From contig JBCCKS010000005.1 in NCBI GenBank assembly GCA_039027295.1, positions 10,043 through 74,042 of the forward strand: DNA of 64,000 bases, read 5' to 3'. The stretch is from Pseudomonadota bacterium (GTDB taxonomy: Bacteria; Pseudomonadota; Alphaproteobacteria; Micavibrionales; Micavibrionaceae). Within the stretch, counting starts at the first letter, position 1; each line of letters opens with the position of its first letter. A program made the translations under genes and the position numbers. The notes under the pieces were generated by a model that saw only the letters and a list, made by a program, of their open reading frames with translations, was not told the DNA's origin and searched no databases. Below, in pieces: positions 39,266 through 48,637 of the stretch.

Positions 39266-40264
39266 TTAAGGGTAAAAAGCTGTATTAAAGTTTAAGCCTT
39301 CAGTTTCATTAAAACCAAACATGAGATTCATATTTTGAACAGCCGTTCCTGATGCCCCACGTAAAAGATTATCTAAAGCACCTTGAACAATAATTTTTCC
39401 GTTTTCACCGTTTGAGATGTTGATATCAACGAAGTTTGTACTGACAACATTTGTAAGTTCAACTTTTTCAACGAGCCTAACAAAAGGATGGTTTTCAAAA
39501 ACAGATAAGTCCGCTTCTTTTTTTGCATCGATAAAAGTAGTCGCAAAAATGCCTCTTAAAAATGGACCTACTGTTGGTGCAAAATTTAACTGTTCTTTTT
39601 TTAAACCACTTGTTGCTAAAATTTCTGGAATATGGCGGTGACTATTCACTAAGTAACTACGCATATTCTGGGAGCAATAAGGGTGATCAACAGGATCGCG
39701 CACGCTTCTCCCACCGCCAGAGGTGCCTGAAATAGCTATTACTTCGGCGGCATTCATTTGATTTTTAAATGGCAAAAGCATGAGCTGGATGAGCAAAGCA
39801 AAGCATCCGGGGTTTGCGATATTATCTGCTTTTTCAATATCGCTTTTGAAAACTTCGGGCAGCCCATAAACAAATTGACCGTCCAATAATTCTGGAGATT
39901 GGTGATCAATATGATAGTAATCTTTATAAGTTTTTTTATCTTTTAACCGGAAGTCTGCTGAAAAATCGATTATTTTTGTTTTATCTAAAAAGTTAGGAAC
40001 AACCTCTTGTGCAGCCTTATGCGGTAGGCATAGAAACACAACATCGCTCTTTTCAGCGACTTGATTATGATCGATATTTTCTATCAGCGGTAAATTTTCT
40101 ATATGACTGAGCCTAGGGAATAATTCACCCACAGACGTTCCTTCATGCTGTCTGGAGACAAGGTATTGAATGTCTACATGCTGATGTTGCAAAAGACAGC
40201 GTAGCAATTCCATGCCTGTAAATCCTGTAATTCCAACAATCGAAACTTTAATCTTCTTCATCAT
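39266..40264 (-). CDS. argC: N-acetyl-gamma-glutamyl-phosphate reductase
   Basis: 332 aa with an N-terminal Rossmann motif (VSIVGITGFTGMEL), the catalytic Cys in NPGCF and SGTSGGGR. Confidence 0.85.
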   Translation of the reverse strand: MMKKIKVSIVGITGFTGMELLRCLLQHQHVDIQYLVSRQHEGTSVGELFPRLSHIENLPLIENIDHNQVAEKSDVVFLCLPHKAAQEVVPNFLDKTKIIDFSADFRLKDKKTYKDYYHIDHQSPELLDGQFVYGLPEVFKSDIEKADNIANPGCFALLIQLMLLPFKNQMNAAEVIAISGTSGGGRSVRDPVDHPYCSQNMRSYLVNSHRHIPEILATSGLKKEQLNFAPTVGPFLRGIFATTFIDAKKEADLSVFENHPFVRLVEKVELTNVVSTNFVDINISNGENGKIIVQGALDNLLRGASGTAVQNMNLMFGFNETEGLNFNTAFYP

Positions 40265-40270
40265 TTTCTT

Positions 40271-41299
40271 TTATAAATTTGTTTTTCTTGGATCAAAGGC
40301 ATCGCGAACGGCCTCCCCAATAAATGTTAAAAGTGTGAGCATCACAGCCAAAGATAAAAATGCAGTAATGCCTAGCCATGGAGCTTGGATATTGTTTTTC
40401 CCTTGTGCCAATAATTCGCCTAAAGAAGCAGAGCCGGGCGGTAAACCTAGACCCAAAAAGTCAAGAGAGGTGAGCGCTGTAATAGATCCTGTTAAAATAA
40501 AAGGCATTAATGTGAGCGTTGCAACCATTGCATTCGGCAAAACATGACGCCTCATAATTGTTAAGTTAGAAACGCCTAAAGCATTAGCTGCTCTCACATA
40601 ATCAAAATTTCGCGCACGTAAAAATTCTGCCCTAACGACATCGACAAGGCTGACCCATGAAAATAAAAGCAAGATGAGAAGCAATGTCCAAAAGCCGGGC
40701 ACAAACATCGCTGAAAAAATAATCAAGATGTAAAGAGAGGGAAGGGATGCCCATACTTCAATAAAGCGCTGCATCACCAAATCAAGCTTGCCTCCATAAT
40801 ACCCTTGAAAAGCACCTGCCGTAATTCCAATAACTGAGCTTATGATTGTTAAAATTAGTCCAAAAACGACAGATATTCGAAACCCATAAATCACACGTGC
40901 GGCGACATCTCGTCCTTGATCGTCCGTTCCTAGTATATTTTCAAATGTGGGGGCAGAGGGGGCAGGTGTTGGTAAGTCATAATGAATAGTATCATAAGAA
41001 AAACGGATAGGGGGCCAAACCATCCAGCCACCTTCATTGATTAAATCTTTTACAAATGGGTCACGGTAATCAGCCTCAGTTTCGAAATCACCTCCAAATT
41101 CTGTTTCAGCGTAAGTTTGAAACACAGGAAAATATAATTGATTTTCAAATGATAAAATGAGCGGCTTATCATTGGCGATAAATTCTGCGCCTAAACAGGC
41201 AAAGAACAAGAATAGAAATATCCAAAAAGACCAATATCCCCGTTTATTGGCTTTAAATTGCTGGAGTCGTCTTTGTGTAATAGGTGATAAAGTCTTCAT
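40271..41299 (-). CDS. yejE: ABC transporter permease, YejE type
   Basis: 342 aa, a peptide-type (DppC-like) permease with ILGTDDQGRDV and the EAA-like loop. Confidence 0.85.
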   Translation of the reverse strand: MKTLSPITQRRLQQFKANKRGYWSFWIFLFLFFACLGAEFIANDKPLILSFENQLYFPVFQTYAETEFGGDFETEADYRDPFVKDLINEGGWMVWPPIRFSYDTIHYDLPTPAPSAPTFENILGTDDQGRDVAARVIYGFRISVVFGLILTIISSVIGITAGAFQGYYGGKLDLVMQRFIEVWASLPSLYILIIFSAMFVPGFWTLLLILLLFSWVSLVDVVRAEFLRARNFDYVRAANALGVSNLTIMRRHVLPNAMVATLTLMPFILTGSITALTSLDFLGLGLPPGSASLGELLAQGKNNIQAPWLGITAFLSLAVMLTLLTFIGEAVRDAFDPRKTNL

Positions 41300-41361
41300 A
41301 TTCGAAGAAGAGTATAAAACATATTGTTTTGAATCAAAGCTTTAATAACAGCTATGAGTGA

Positions 41362-41613
41362 TTAGTGAATAGAGTGCGAACCTGTGCCAGTCTTTTCCAT
41401 GAGACGAAGGCGGAAATGCTGATCTGCTGTTAAAGGATCATTATCGTTGTGCGCTACAGGTTTCATGAAAACAACTTTATTATCATTTAAACTTGTTGCT
41501 TCTTCTGATATGAAGGCTTTTAATTCCGCACGGTCTTGTTCATTTAAGGTGCCGTTTTCTCCTACAACATCTTTAATTTCAGATAGCTTTTGAGCGATTT
41601 TCTTTAAATTCAT
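41362..41613 (-). CDS. small hypothetical protein (83 aa) between yejB and yejE
   Basis: I prefer the ATG at 41613, with AAGGGG 6 nt upstream. The track start at 41655 has no SD. Sequence: MNLKKIAQKLSEIKDVVGENGTLNEQDRAELKAFISEE... No family recognised. Confidence 0.45.
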   Translation of the reverse strand: MNLKKIAQKLSEIKDVVGENGTLNEQDRAELKAFISEEATSLNDNKVVFMKPVAHNDNDPLTADQHFRLRLMEKTGTGSHSIH

Positions 41614-41716
41614 GGCAAACCCCTTATTTGGAATATTGGGACCATATAAATTCATCCGTGAGAAGTCAAATAAAGAATTAGGGAAAATAGGTCTTTTTCA
41701 CAAGAAAAATAGGGCT

Positions 41717-42823
41717 CTAAACTCTGCGGGCTTCAAAATCAATTCTTGGATCTACAAGAACATAAACAACATCGCGGATGAGGGTCGTGACAAGCCCCAT
41801 AAGGGCAAATATATATAATGTCCCTAGAACTAAAGGATAGTCACGATTAATTACGCTTTCATATCCCAAAAGACCTAATCCATCTAACGAGAAAATCACC
41901 TCAATTAGTAACGATCCTGTAAAGAAAATGGCTAAGAACGCGCTAGGGAACCCTGCAATGACAATTAACATGGCATTTCTGAAGATATGACCATAGAGCA
42001 CTTGTTTTTCTTCTAAGCCTTTTGCGCGGGCTGTTAAGACATATTGTTTATTAATTTCATCCAAAAATGAGTTTTTGGTGAGCATGGTTAGGCCGGCAAA
42101 ACCGCTTATCACCATAGCCGCAACAGGCAAAACCATGTGCCATAGATAATCGAGGGTGAGTTGCCACCACGGCATATCTTGCCAGCCGTCGGACACTAAG
42201 CCCCTTAACGGGAAAATATCAAAATACCGTCCGCCTGCGAATAATATGATAAGCAAGATTGCAAACATAAAAGATGGAATGGCGTATCCTGTAAAGACAG
42301 CAGCTGATGTCCAAATATCAAATTTCTGACCATCTTTCACAGCCTTTTTAATACCAAGGGGAATTGAGATGAGATAAATAATTAACGTTGACCAGAGTCC
42401 TAATGAAATAGATACAGGTAGTTTTTCTAACACTAAATCAATGACAGACACATCGCGGTAGTAACTCTCACCCAAATCAAACCGCGCGTAATTCACGATC
42501 ATTTCAAAAAAACGAATATGGGCAGGTTTATCAAATCCGTAGAGTGCCTCAAGCTCAGCAATAAATTCTGGATCTAGTCCTTGAGATCCGCGATAATTAC
42601 TACCTTCACCTGTTGATTGAGAGGCGCTTCCAACCGCCATATCTGCGCCGCCACTGCTTCCTCCAAAGCGCGCTGTGGCTTCAACGCCGTGCCCTTGGAG
42701 CTGCGCAATCATGCGTTCAACAGGCCCACCAGGAACAAATTGTACAATGATAAAACTAATGAGCATGATACCCAAAAGAGTAGGGATCATAAGAAGCAGT
42801 CTTTTTAAGAGGTAGTTTGCCAT
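41717..42823 (-). CDS. yejB: ABC transporter permease, YejB type
   Basis: 368 aa, a DppB-like permease ([19 protein letters not shown]...FIIVQ..PGGP). Confidence 0.85.
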   Translation of the reverse strand: MANYLLKRLLLMIPTLLGIMLISFIIVQFVPGGPVERMIAQLQGHGVEATARFGGSSGGADMAVGSASQSTGEGSNYRGSQGLDPEFIAELEALYGFDKPAHIRFFEMIVNYARFDLGESYYRDVSVIDLVLEKLPVSISLGLWSTLIIYLISIPLGIKKAVKDGQKFDIWTSAAVFTGYAIPSFMFAILLIILFAGGRYFDIFPLRGLVSDGWQDMPWWQLTLDYLWHMVLPVAAMVISGFAGLTMLTKNSFLDEINKQYVLTARAKGLEEKQVLYGHIFRNAMLIVIAGFPSAFLAIFFTGSLLIEVIFSLDGLGLLGYESVINRDYPLVLGTLYIFALMGLVTTLIRDVVYVLVDPRIDFEARRV

Positions 42824-42827
42824 TATA

Positions 42828-43442
42828 TTAAGGTTTTACATTCCAGTCTTTAATCAGCCATTGATTACCATCAAATTGTAAGATACCAAAAGCACCAGTA
42901 GATAGTTTTATATCGTGGTTTTCCGCAAAATCTTTAAATTGCCCTGTGATGTAAGGAGCAAAACGTGCAATACCGTTAGACGTTATAACTAGAATAATAT
43001 CTTGCTCATCCTCAATAATATGCTGAGAAAAATTTTTCCAATTTTCCATGCATTGTTCAGGATCAAAATTCCAATCTGGGGGAACGCTTCCATTCTCATT
43101 CCAATTTCTTATAGCTTCTGATCCAATGCGTTCAATGACTTTCTCCTCAGTTTGATTTTCATCAGGCCCATAATCAATTTCATTAAATATTTCTAAGGGG
43201 AAGACAGGCTGATGATATCCGCATTCTTTCACTGCAATTTCGGCAGTTTCTTTAGTACGTTTTAGTTCTGAGCTATAAACAACTTCTGGAAGATAATCGT
43301 TTTGTCTTAACCAAGCTCCCATCTTTTTCGCTTGCTCTTTCCCGCTTTGAACAAGGGGTAAATCTGTTCTGGCTCCTACGCGTGTTGGCGTTTGGCCTTT
43401 TTCAAAAGTATTTCCATGGCGGGCTATAATGAGGGTTGTCAT
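42828..43442 (-). CDS. histidine-phosphatase (phosphoglycerate-mutase-like) family protein
   Basis: 204 aa with the N-terminal catalytic RHG motif (LIIARHGNT). Confidence 0.75.
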   Translation of the reverse strand: MTTLIIARHGNTFEKGQTPTRVGARTDLPLVQSGKEQAKKMGAWLRQNDYLPEVVYSSELKRTKETAEIAVKECGYHQPVFPLEIFNEIDYGPDENQTEEKVIERIGSEAIRNWNENGSVPPDWNFDPEQCMENWKNFSQHIIEDEQDIILVITSNGIARFAPYITGQFKDFAENHDIKLSTGAFGILQFDGNQWLIKDWNVKP

Positions 43443-44239
43443 AGATTATACTTCTTAATGACTTCTTCTGCACGCTCCACATCCTCTGGAGAATCTATAC
43501 CGGATTGCATCAGACCATTTTCCATTTCAATTTTGACAGTATGAATGGGAATATCATTTTCTAACAACCTTAACTGCTCTAAGCCTTCTAGCTTTTCATA
43601 GTGGCCTTGAGGAAGAGAAACAAATTTTTCTAAAGTTTGAATTTTATAACCGTATAAGCCAATATGTTGATAGACAGGTGAAAATTCTTCTGCCTTTAAA
43701 TCATCTTCTTTGCGAATGGCGGGAATGATATTTTTTGAAAACCATAAAGCCCGTCCTTCTTTATTGGTCGTGACAGTTGTGCCACTAAACGGAGTTTGTT
43801 CTTTATTCTTCCTTAGCGTTGCAAGTTCATCCCACCTTAGAGGAACAATAGGGGTCACAACTTCTATGTCCTGGTTGTTCTCAACAGCTTCTGACATTTT
43901 GACAAGTGCCTCAACAGGGGTAAAAGGAGCATCTCCTTGAAGCCCAAAGACAAACTCAACATCTTCTGATAATTTTTGCGCTGCTTCTAAAACACGATCT
44001 GATCCTGTTGTACAATCATCAGATGTCATCATGGCGGTAACTTCTAATTTCTGAGCATGTTTAAAAATACGCTCATCTTCTGTAGCAACAATAATCCGGA
44101 CATAACCAATCTGATCAACGGCAGAGCGTGCTATGTCTACCACTCTCTCTAACATTGTTTTACCAGCAATATTTGCAAGCGGCTTTCCAGGAAATCTGGT
44201 TGATCCATACCGTGCCGGAATAATAATCGCAGAATTCAT
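43439..44239 (-). CDS. kdsB: 3-deoxy-manno-octulosonate cytidylyltransferase
   Basis: 266 aa with IIPARYGSTRFPGKPL and QGD.P. Confidence 0.85.
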   Translation of the reverse strand: MNSAIIIPARYGSTRFPGKPLANIAGKTMLERVVDIARSAVDQIGYVRIIVATEDERIFKHAQKLEVTAMMTSDDCTTGSDRVLEAAQKLSEDVEFVFGLQGDAPFTPVEALVKMSEAVENNQDIEVVTPIVPLRWDELATLRKNKEQTPFSGTTVTTNKEGRALWFSKNIIPAIRKEDDLKAEEFSPVYQHIGLYGYKIQTLEKFVSLPQGHYEKLEGLEQLRLLENDIPIHTVKIEMENGLMQSGIDSPEDVERAEEVIKKYNL

Positions 44240-44242
44240 CGC

Positions 44243-46066
44243 TTAATTACTTTTTACCCACCACGTGTCAATAATGGCCGGTGTTAAATCAGAAAGCGTT
44301 TCAGGGCGCTCCAATTTATTCCAATACGCAATGCGCCAATAATCAATATGCCATTGTGGGATTACGTAATGCCCCGCTAATAAGACACGATCTAAAGCTC
44401 TAGTATGAAAAACAAGTTCTTGACGATTAGGCGCTTGAATAATTTTCTCAATTAACTCATCAACGACAGGGTCTTGAATACCCATGTAATTTCTCCCGCC
44501 TGGAATTTCTGCTTTTGCAGAAGACCAAAAGTCACGTTGTTCATTACCAGGGGAACTTGATTGCGCAATTGATAAAATCGTCATATCAAAATTAAATTCA
44601 TTCATTAGGTTTTGATATTGTGCAGGGTCAACAACGCGGAAATTTGCTTCGACTCCAATTCTTTTTAAATTTGCAATAAACGGTAAAACCCATCTTTCGA
44701 ATAGCGGATTAGAGTCAACAATTTCAAAAGACAGGCGCTGTCCCGTTTCTTCATGAACACGGATACCGTCATCGGTCAATTTATATCCTGCCTCTTCAAG
44801 CAGTCTCATAGCCGTTCTTAAGTTTTGTCGTAAATTGCCGCTCCCGTCAGTCACCGGGGGCTGGTAACGCGTTTCAAAAATTTCAGCGGGTAGTTGATCT
44901 TTATAGTCGTTTAAAATTTCTAAAACGCGTCCTTGGGGCGCACCTTCTTCAGCGGCCAATTCTGAATTCTCAAAATAGCTATCGCTTCTTTTATAACTTC
45001 CAAAGGCAAATTGTTTATTTGACCATTCAAAGTCAAAAGCAAAAGATAGCGCTTCACGCACCTTGATGTCCTTAAATACATCACGCCGCGTGTTGTATAC
45101 AAAGCCCTGCATTCCTTGTGGTCTGTTATGTGGTATTTCAGTTTTGACGATACGGCCATCTTTAACAGCTGGCGCATCATACCCTGTTGCCCAAAGCTTG
45201 GCAGTGTTCTCTAAACGAAAGTCATATTCATTGGCAAAGAAAGCTTCGAGGGCAACGTTGCTATCTTTATAATAATCATACTCAATGATATCAAAATTGA
45301 ACTTACCTTGATTGATTGGAAAATCTTTTCCCCAATACTCATCGAAGCGCTCATAAGCAATAGACCGTCCAGCATCTATTCTTGAAACTTTATAAGGTCC
45401 GCTTCCTAATGGAGCTTCTAAAGATGTTTTTGAAAGATCATTTTCTTCTTTCTCCCAAAAATGTTTTGGTAAAATAGTAAGCTGAGAAAGAATAAGAGGG
45501 AGTTCAGCATTGTTGGCATCACGAAATTCAAATTTCACACGTGTAGGGCTTTCTGCTCTCACTTCTGTAACATCACCATAATAGGCCTTAAAGAAGGGCG
45601 CGCCAATATCCATGAGCGTATTAAACGTCCAGACAACATCATCGGCTGTAATCGAAACACCGTCATGCCATTTGGCTTCAGGTCTTAAATTAAAAGCAAC
45701 CCAACTTTTATCTTCAGTATCAAATTCAATGGTTTCGGCGATCAGCCCATACATAGAAAACGGCTCATCGTAACTTTGCTCCATAAGGGAATCGTATAAA
45801 TGACTTTGGCCTAAGAACTGGATACCTGCTGCGGGTGTGCCTTTAATAATGAAGGGGTTCAAGCTATCAAACGTACCAATTGTTGAATTTCTCAGTGTAC
45901 CGCCCTTGGGTGCATCAGGATTTGTGTAATCAAAATGCGTGAAATTATTTTCGTATTTAGCCGTCCCATGCATTGCAATGCCTGTTTTTTTGACAATCTC
46001 AGCCTGTGCTGTAAGAGGGAACGCACCGAAAGCGGCTATAAAAAAAGATAAGAAATAAATACGCAT
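44243..46066 (-). CDS. yejA: family-5 periplasmic substrate-binding protein, YejA type
   Basis: 607 aa with a signal peptide and SBP_bac_5-like length and pattern, alongside yejB/E/F. Confidence 0.8.
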   Translation of the reverse strand: MRIYFLSFFIAAFGAFPLTAQAEIVKKTGIAMHGTAKYENNFTHFDYTNPDAPKGGTLRNSTIGTFDSLNPFIIKGTPAAGIQFLGQSHLYDSLMEQSYDEPFSMYGLIAETIEFDTEDKSWVAFNLRPEAKWHDGVSITADDVVWTFNTLMDIGAPFFKAYYGDVTEVRAESPTRVKFEFRDANNAELPLILSQLTILPKHFWEKEENDLSKTSLEAPLGSGPYKVSRIDAGRSIAYERFDEYWGKDFPINQGKFNFDIIEYDYYKDSNVALEAFFANEYDFRLENTAKLWATGYDAPAVKDGRIVKTEIPHNRPQGMQGFVYNTRRDVFKDIKVREALSFAFDFEWSNKQFAFGSYKRSDSYFENSELAAEEGAPQGRVLEILNDYKDQLPAEIFETRYQPPVTDGSGNLRQNLRTAMRLLEEAGYKLTDDGIRVHEETGQRLSFEIVDSNPLFERWVLPFIANLKRIGVEANFRVVDPAQYQNLMNEFNFDMTILSIAQSSSPGNEQRDFWSSAKAEIPGGRNYMGIQDPVVDELIEKIIQAPNRQELVFHTRALDRVLLAGHYVIPQWHIDYWRIAYWNKLERPETLSDLTPAIIDTWWVKSN

Positions 46067-46078
46067 TAAATGTCCTTC

Positions 46079-47188
46079 CTATTGTGATTCATGTTGTGCG
46101 TTGGTCCCAACGGCCTCACGAATATTGCTGTATCCATCTTCTTTTAAAAGATGAATAAGGTCTGTTTTAATTTCATTAATAACTTCTGGGCCTTTAAATA
46201 CAAGGGCTGAGTATAATTGTACTAATGTTGCGCCCGCTTTGATCTTATTATAGGCATCTAAACCAGAAGAGATTCCTCCAACTCCAATAATAGGAACTTG
46301 ACCATTCGTTTTCTTGTAAAAACTACGAATGATTTCAGTAGACATATCGGTTAGAGGTTTTCCGCTTAATCCACCTTGCCTTTGAGAAAACTCTTCAGGT
46401 AAATGACTTGGCCTACTTGTTGTTGTATTAGCTAAGATAACGCCATCAATTTTTATATCCAAACACGCTTCGGCGAGGTCGTCTAACTTTGCTGGGCTGA
46501 GGTCAGGACTAAATTTTGTTATGATGGGTAAATTATTCAATCCCAGCTTGTCTCTTTCTTCCATAAGGCCAGAGAGGAGGGCTGTAAAATGATTTTTCTG
46601 CTCTAAATCTCTTAAGCCTTCCGTATTAGGGCACGAAATATTTACGGTCACGTAACTTGCTAAATCCCCAACTTCACCAAGCAATTTTTTGAAATCTTTA
46701 TCAGGGTCTTTTTGATCTGCGGATTTGGCAATTTGAATCCCTAGAGGGTAATGATCTCCAGAATTTTTTTCTTTAAATCGTTCAACATTATTTTTAAATT
46801 CTTCCACGCCTACATTAGGGAAGTTCATTTTATTAATGATCGCTTGGTTGATTGGATCTCTAAAAATTCTTGGCTTAGGAAGTCCCTTTTGAGGAACAGT
46901 TGTTACGCCGCCAACTTCAATAAACCCAAACCCAAACCCAAACATGGGCGCGATCACTTCGGCATTTTTATCAAATCCAGCCGCAAGCCCCACTGGATTA
47001 TCAAATTTCAAGTTACAAAATTCTGTATGAAGGCTTTCATCTTGAACTTTATCTGATTGGGGTGCCAATCCTGCTTTTAAGCTTTTAATCGTGACTGTAT
47101 GAGCGACTTCAGGATCTAAGGCATGCAAAACGGGTTTAACAAGTGGAAAGGGAATTTTGAAAGGTAAAATCATATTGTTAAAAGACAA
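46079..47188 (-). CDS. pyrD: dihydroorotate dehydrogenase (quinone), class 2
   Basis: 369 aa with GLAAGFDKN, NISCPNT, GGLSG.PL and GVGGI. Confidence 0.9.
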   Translation of the reverse strand: MSFNNMILPFKIPFPLVKPVLHALDPEVAHTVTIKSLKAGLAPQSDKVQDESLHTEFCNLKFDNPVGLAAGFDKNAEVIAPMFGFGFGFIEVGGVTTVPQKGLPKPRIFRDPINQAIINKMNFPNVGVEEFKNNVERFKEKNSGDHYPLGIQIAKSADQKDPDKDFKKLLGEVGDLASYVTVNISCPNTEGLRDLEQKNHFTALLSGLMEERDKLGLNNLPIITKFSPDLSPAKLDDLAEACLDIKIDGVILANTTTSRPSHLPEEFSQRQGGLSGKPLTDMSTEIIRSFYKKTNGQVPIIGVGGISSGLDAYNKIKAGATLVQLYSALVFKGPEVINEIKTDLIHLLKEDGYSNIREAVGTNAQHESQ

Positions 47189-47221
47189 GAAAACCGTATC
47201 AAAATCAAGGCAATATAGTGA

Positions 47222-47767
47222 TTATTTCACGATATACTGCCAGCTAGACTTTAAATAACTCCAGCCCGTGATCGCTGTTAAAATCGCTGCAATAAGTAAA
47301 GAGATCAGCGAAAATATTTCAAAGAAAGGGGGGCTTACAGGAACGAGGATTAATAATCCTAGGGCTACCATCTGGATGGTCGTTTTCCACTTGGCCAGCT
47401 GCGTAACGGGAAGGGAGATATTCTGTGGGCCTAAAAACTCACGTAATCCAGAGACTAGAAATTCTCGAATAAAAATAATAAAGGCTGCAATCAGCCAAAA
47501 TCCGCTAATTACTCCTGTGCTTACTAGCGCTAGTAAGACGCAGGCTACGAAAATCTTGTCTGATATAGGATCAAGAAATTTTCCTACGGCGCTTTCTACA
47601 TTCCATTTACGGGCTAAATATCCATCCAGAAAGTCTGTGATACTGGCCAGCACATAAAGAATAAAAGCCAACCATACGGATTGTTCGGACCCATTAAGGA
47701 TCAGTAAGATAAGTATCGGCAGAATGGCAATGCGCGCAAATGTTAGAAGATTGGGAATATGTTTCAT
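47222..47767 (-). CDS. pgsA: CDP-diacylglycerol--glycerol-3-phosphate 3-phosphatidyltransferase
   Basis: 181 aa with the CDP-alcohol phosphatidyltransferase motif DFLDGYLAR...GKFLDPISDK. Confidence 0.85.
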   Translation of the reverse strand: MKHIPNLLTFARIAILPILILLILNGSEQSVWLAFILYVLASITDFLDGYLARKWNVESAVGKFLDPISDKIFVACVLLALVSTGVISGFWLIAAFIIFIREFLVSGLREFLGPQNISLPVTQLAKWKTTIQMVALGLLILVPVSPPFFEIFSLISLLIAAILTAITGWSYLKSSWQYIVK

Positions 47768-47806
47768 AATCCCTCTTTATCAAACTCTGAAAAGAATAAC
47801 TAGCGT

Positions 47807-48508
47807 TTATGCTGAAGCGGTTGCTTGATCTTCTTGAGGGTCACGCATGACATAACCACGGCCCCAAACAGTTTCAATATGGCTTTCACCGTCATTCATA
47901 TTTTCAATCTTCTTGCGAAGCTTGCAAATGAAAACATCGATAATCTTCACTTCTGGCTCATCCATTCCACCATATAGATGGTTTAAGAACATTTCTTTGG
48001 TTAGTGTCGTCCCTTTACGAAGAGAGAGAAGTTCTATGATACCGTATTCTTTACCTGTTAAGTGAAGCGGCTTGCCAGCCACTTCGACTGTACGGCTATC
48101 AAGATTAACAATCACATTGCCTGTCACGATTGTACTTTGTGCATGACCTTGAGAACGACGGACAATGGCTTGAATTCGTGCCATTAATTCGCGTTTGTCA
48201 AAAGGCTTGGTCAGGTAATCATCGGCACCAAAGCCAAGACCCTTAATCTTATTATCCAGCTCAGTTAAGCCAGACAGAATCAAAATAGGGGTGTCTACTT
48301 TCGATGCGCGGAATGTTTTTAAAACGTCATAACCATCCATGTCTGGTAACATCAGGTCGAGAATAATAATGTCATAATCATAAAGTTTGCCAATTTCTAG
48401 GCCATCTTCACCAAGGTCAGTTGTATCAACAACATAGCCTTCTGATTTCAACATTAATTCGATACTTTTCGCTGTAGAACTGTCATCCTCGACTAATAAA
48501 ACGCGCAT
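47807..48508 (-). CDS. ctrA: cell-cycle response regulator CtrA
   Basis: 233 aa of OmpR type. [23 protein letters not shown] and the C-terminal wHTH ([10 protein letters not shown]) closely resemble CtrA. Confidence 0.9.
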   Translation of the reverse strand: MRVLLVEDDSSTAKSIELMLKSEGYVVDTTDLGEDGLEIGKLYDYDIIILDLMLPDMDGYDVLKTFRASKVDTPILILSGLTELDNKIKGLGFGADDYLTKPFDKRELMARIQAIVRRSQGHAQSTIVTGNVIVNLDSRTVEVAGKPLHLTGKEYGIIELLSLRKGTTLTKEMFLNHLYGGMDEPEVKIIDVFICKLRKKIENMNDGESHIETVWGRGYVMRDPQEDQATASA

Positions 48509-48544
48509 GGTTGGTTTCTCCTGTCCTTAAAAAACACAAATAAA

Positions 48545-48569
48545 TTAACTATTGTTAATAAAGGTTAAC
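48545..48569. promoter_or_regulatory. three TTAA half-sites phased at 10 bp (TTAAC-n5-TTAA-n6-TTAAC) in the ctrA/fliI divergent region
   Basis: TTAA starts at 48545, 48555 and 48565. This is CtrA-box-like, but the canonical box is TTAA-N7-TTAAC with 11-bp phasing, so the spacing is non-canonical. Confidence 0.3.
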
Positions 48570-48637
48570 ATATTTTGGAAAGCTTACCAAATTATATTAA
48601 CAATTTCCTGCTTACCCATTTCAAGGTAGAATAGATT

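Noticed and set aside
40212-40547. Long antisense ORFs inside well-supported genes. This one is 111 aa; others are 47268-47657 (129 aa), 56015-56353, 56525-56842, 63535-63870, 7106-7423, 27701-28021 and 53774-54091.
   Set aside because: Each lies fully within, and opposite to, a confidently identified gene (yejE/argC, pgsA, flhA, fliF, purC, purH, flhF), and none has a recognisable motif.
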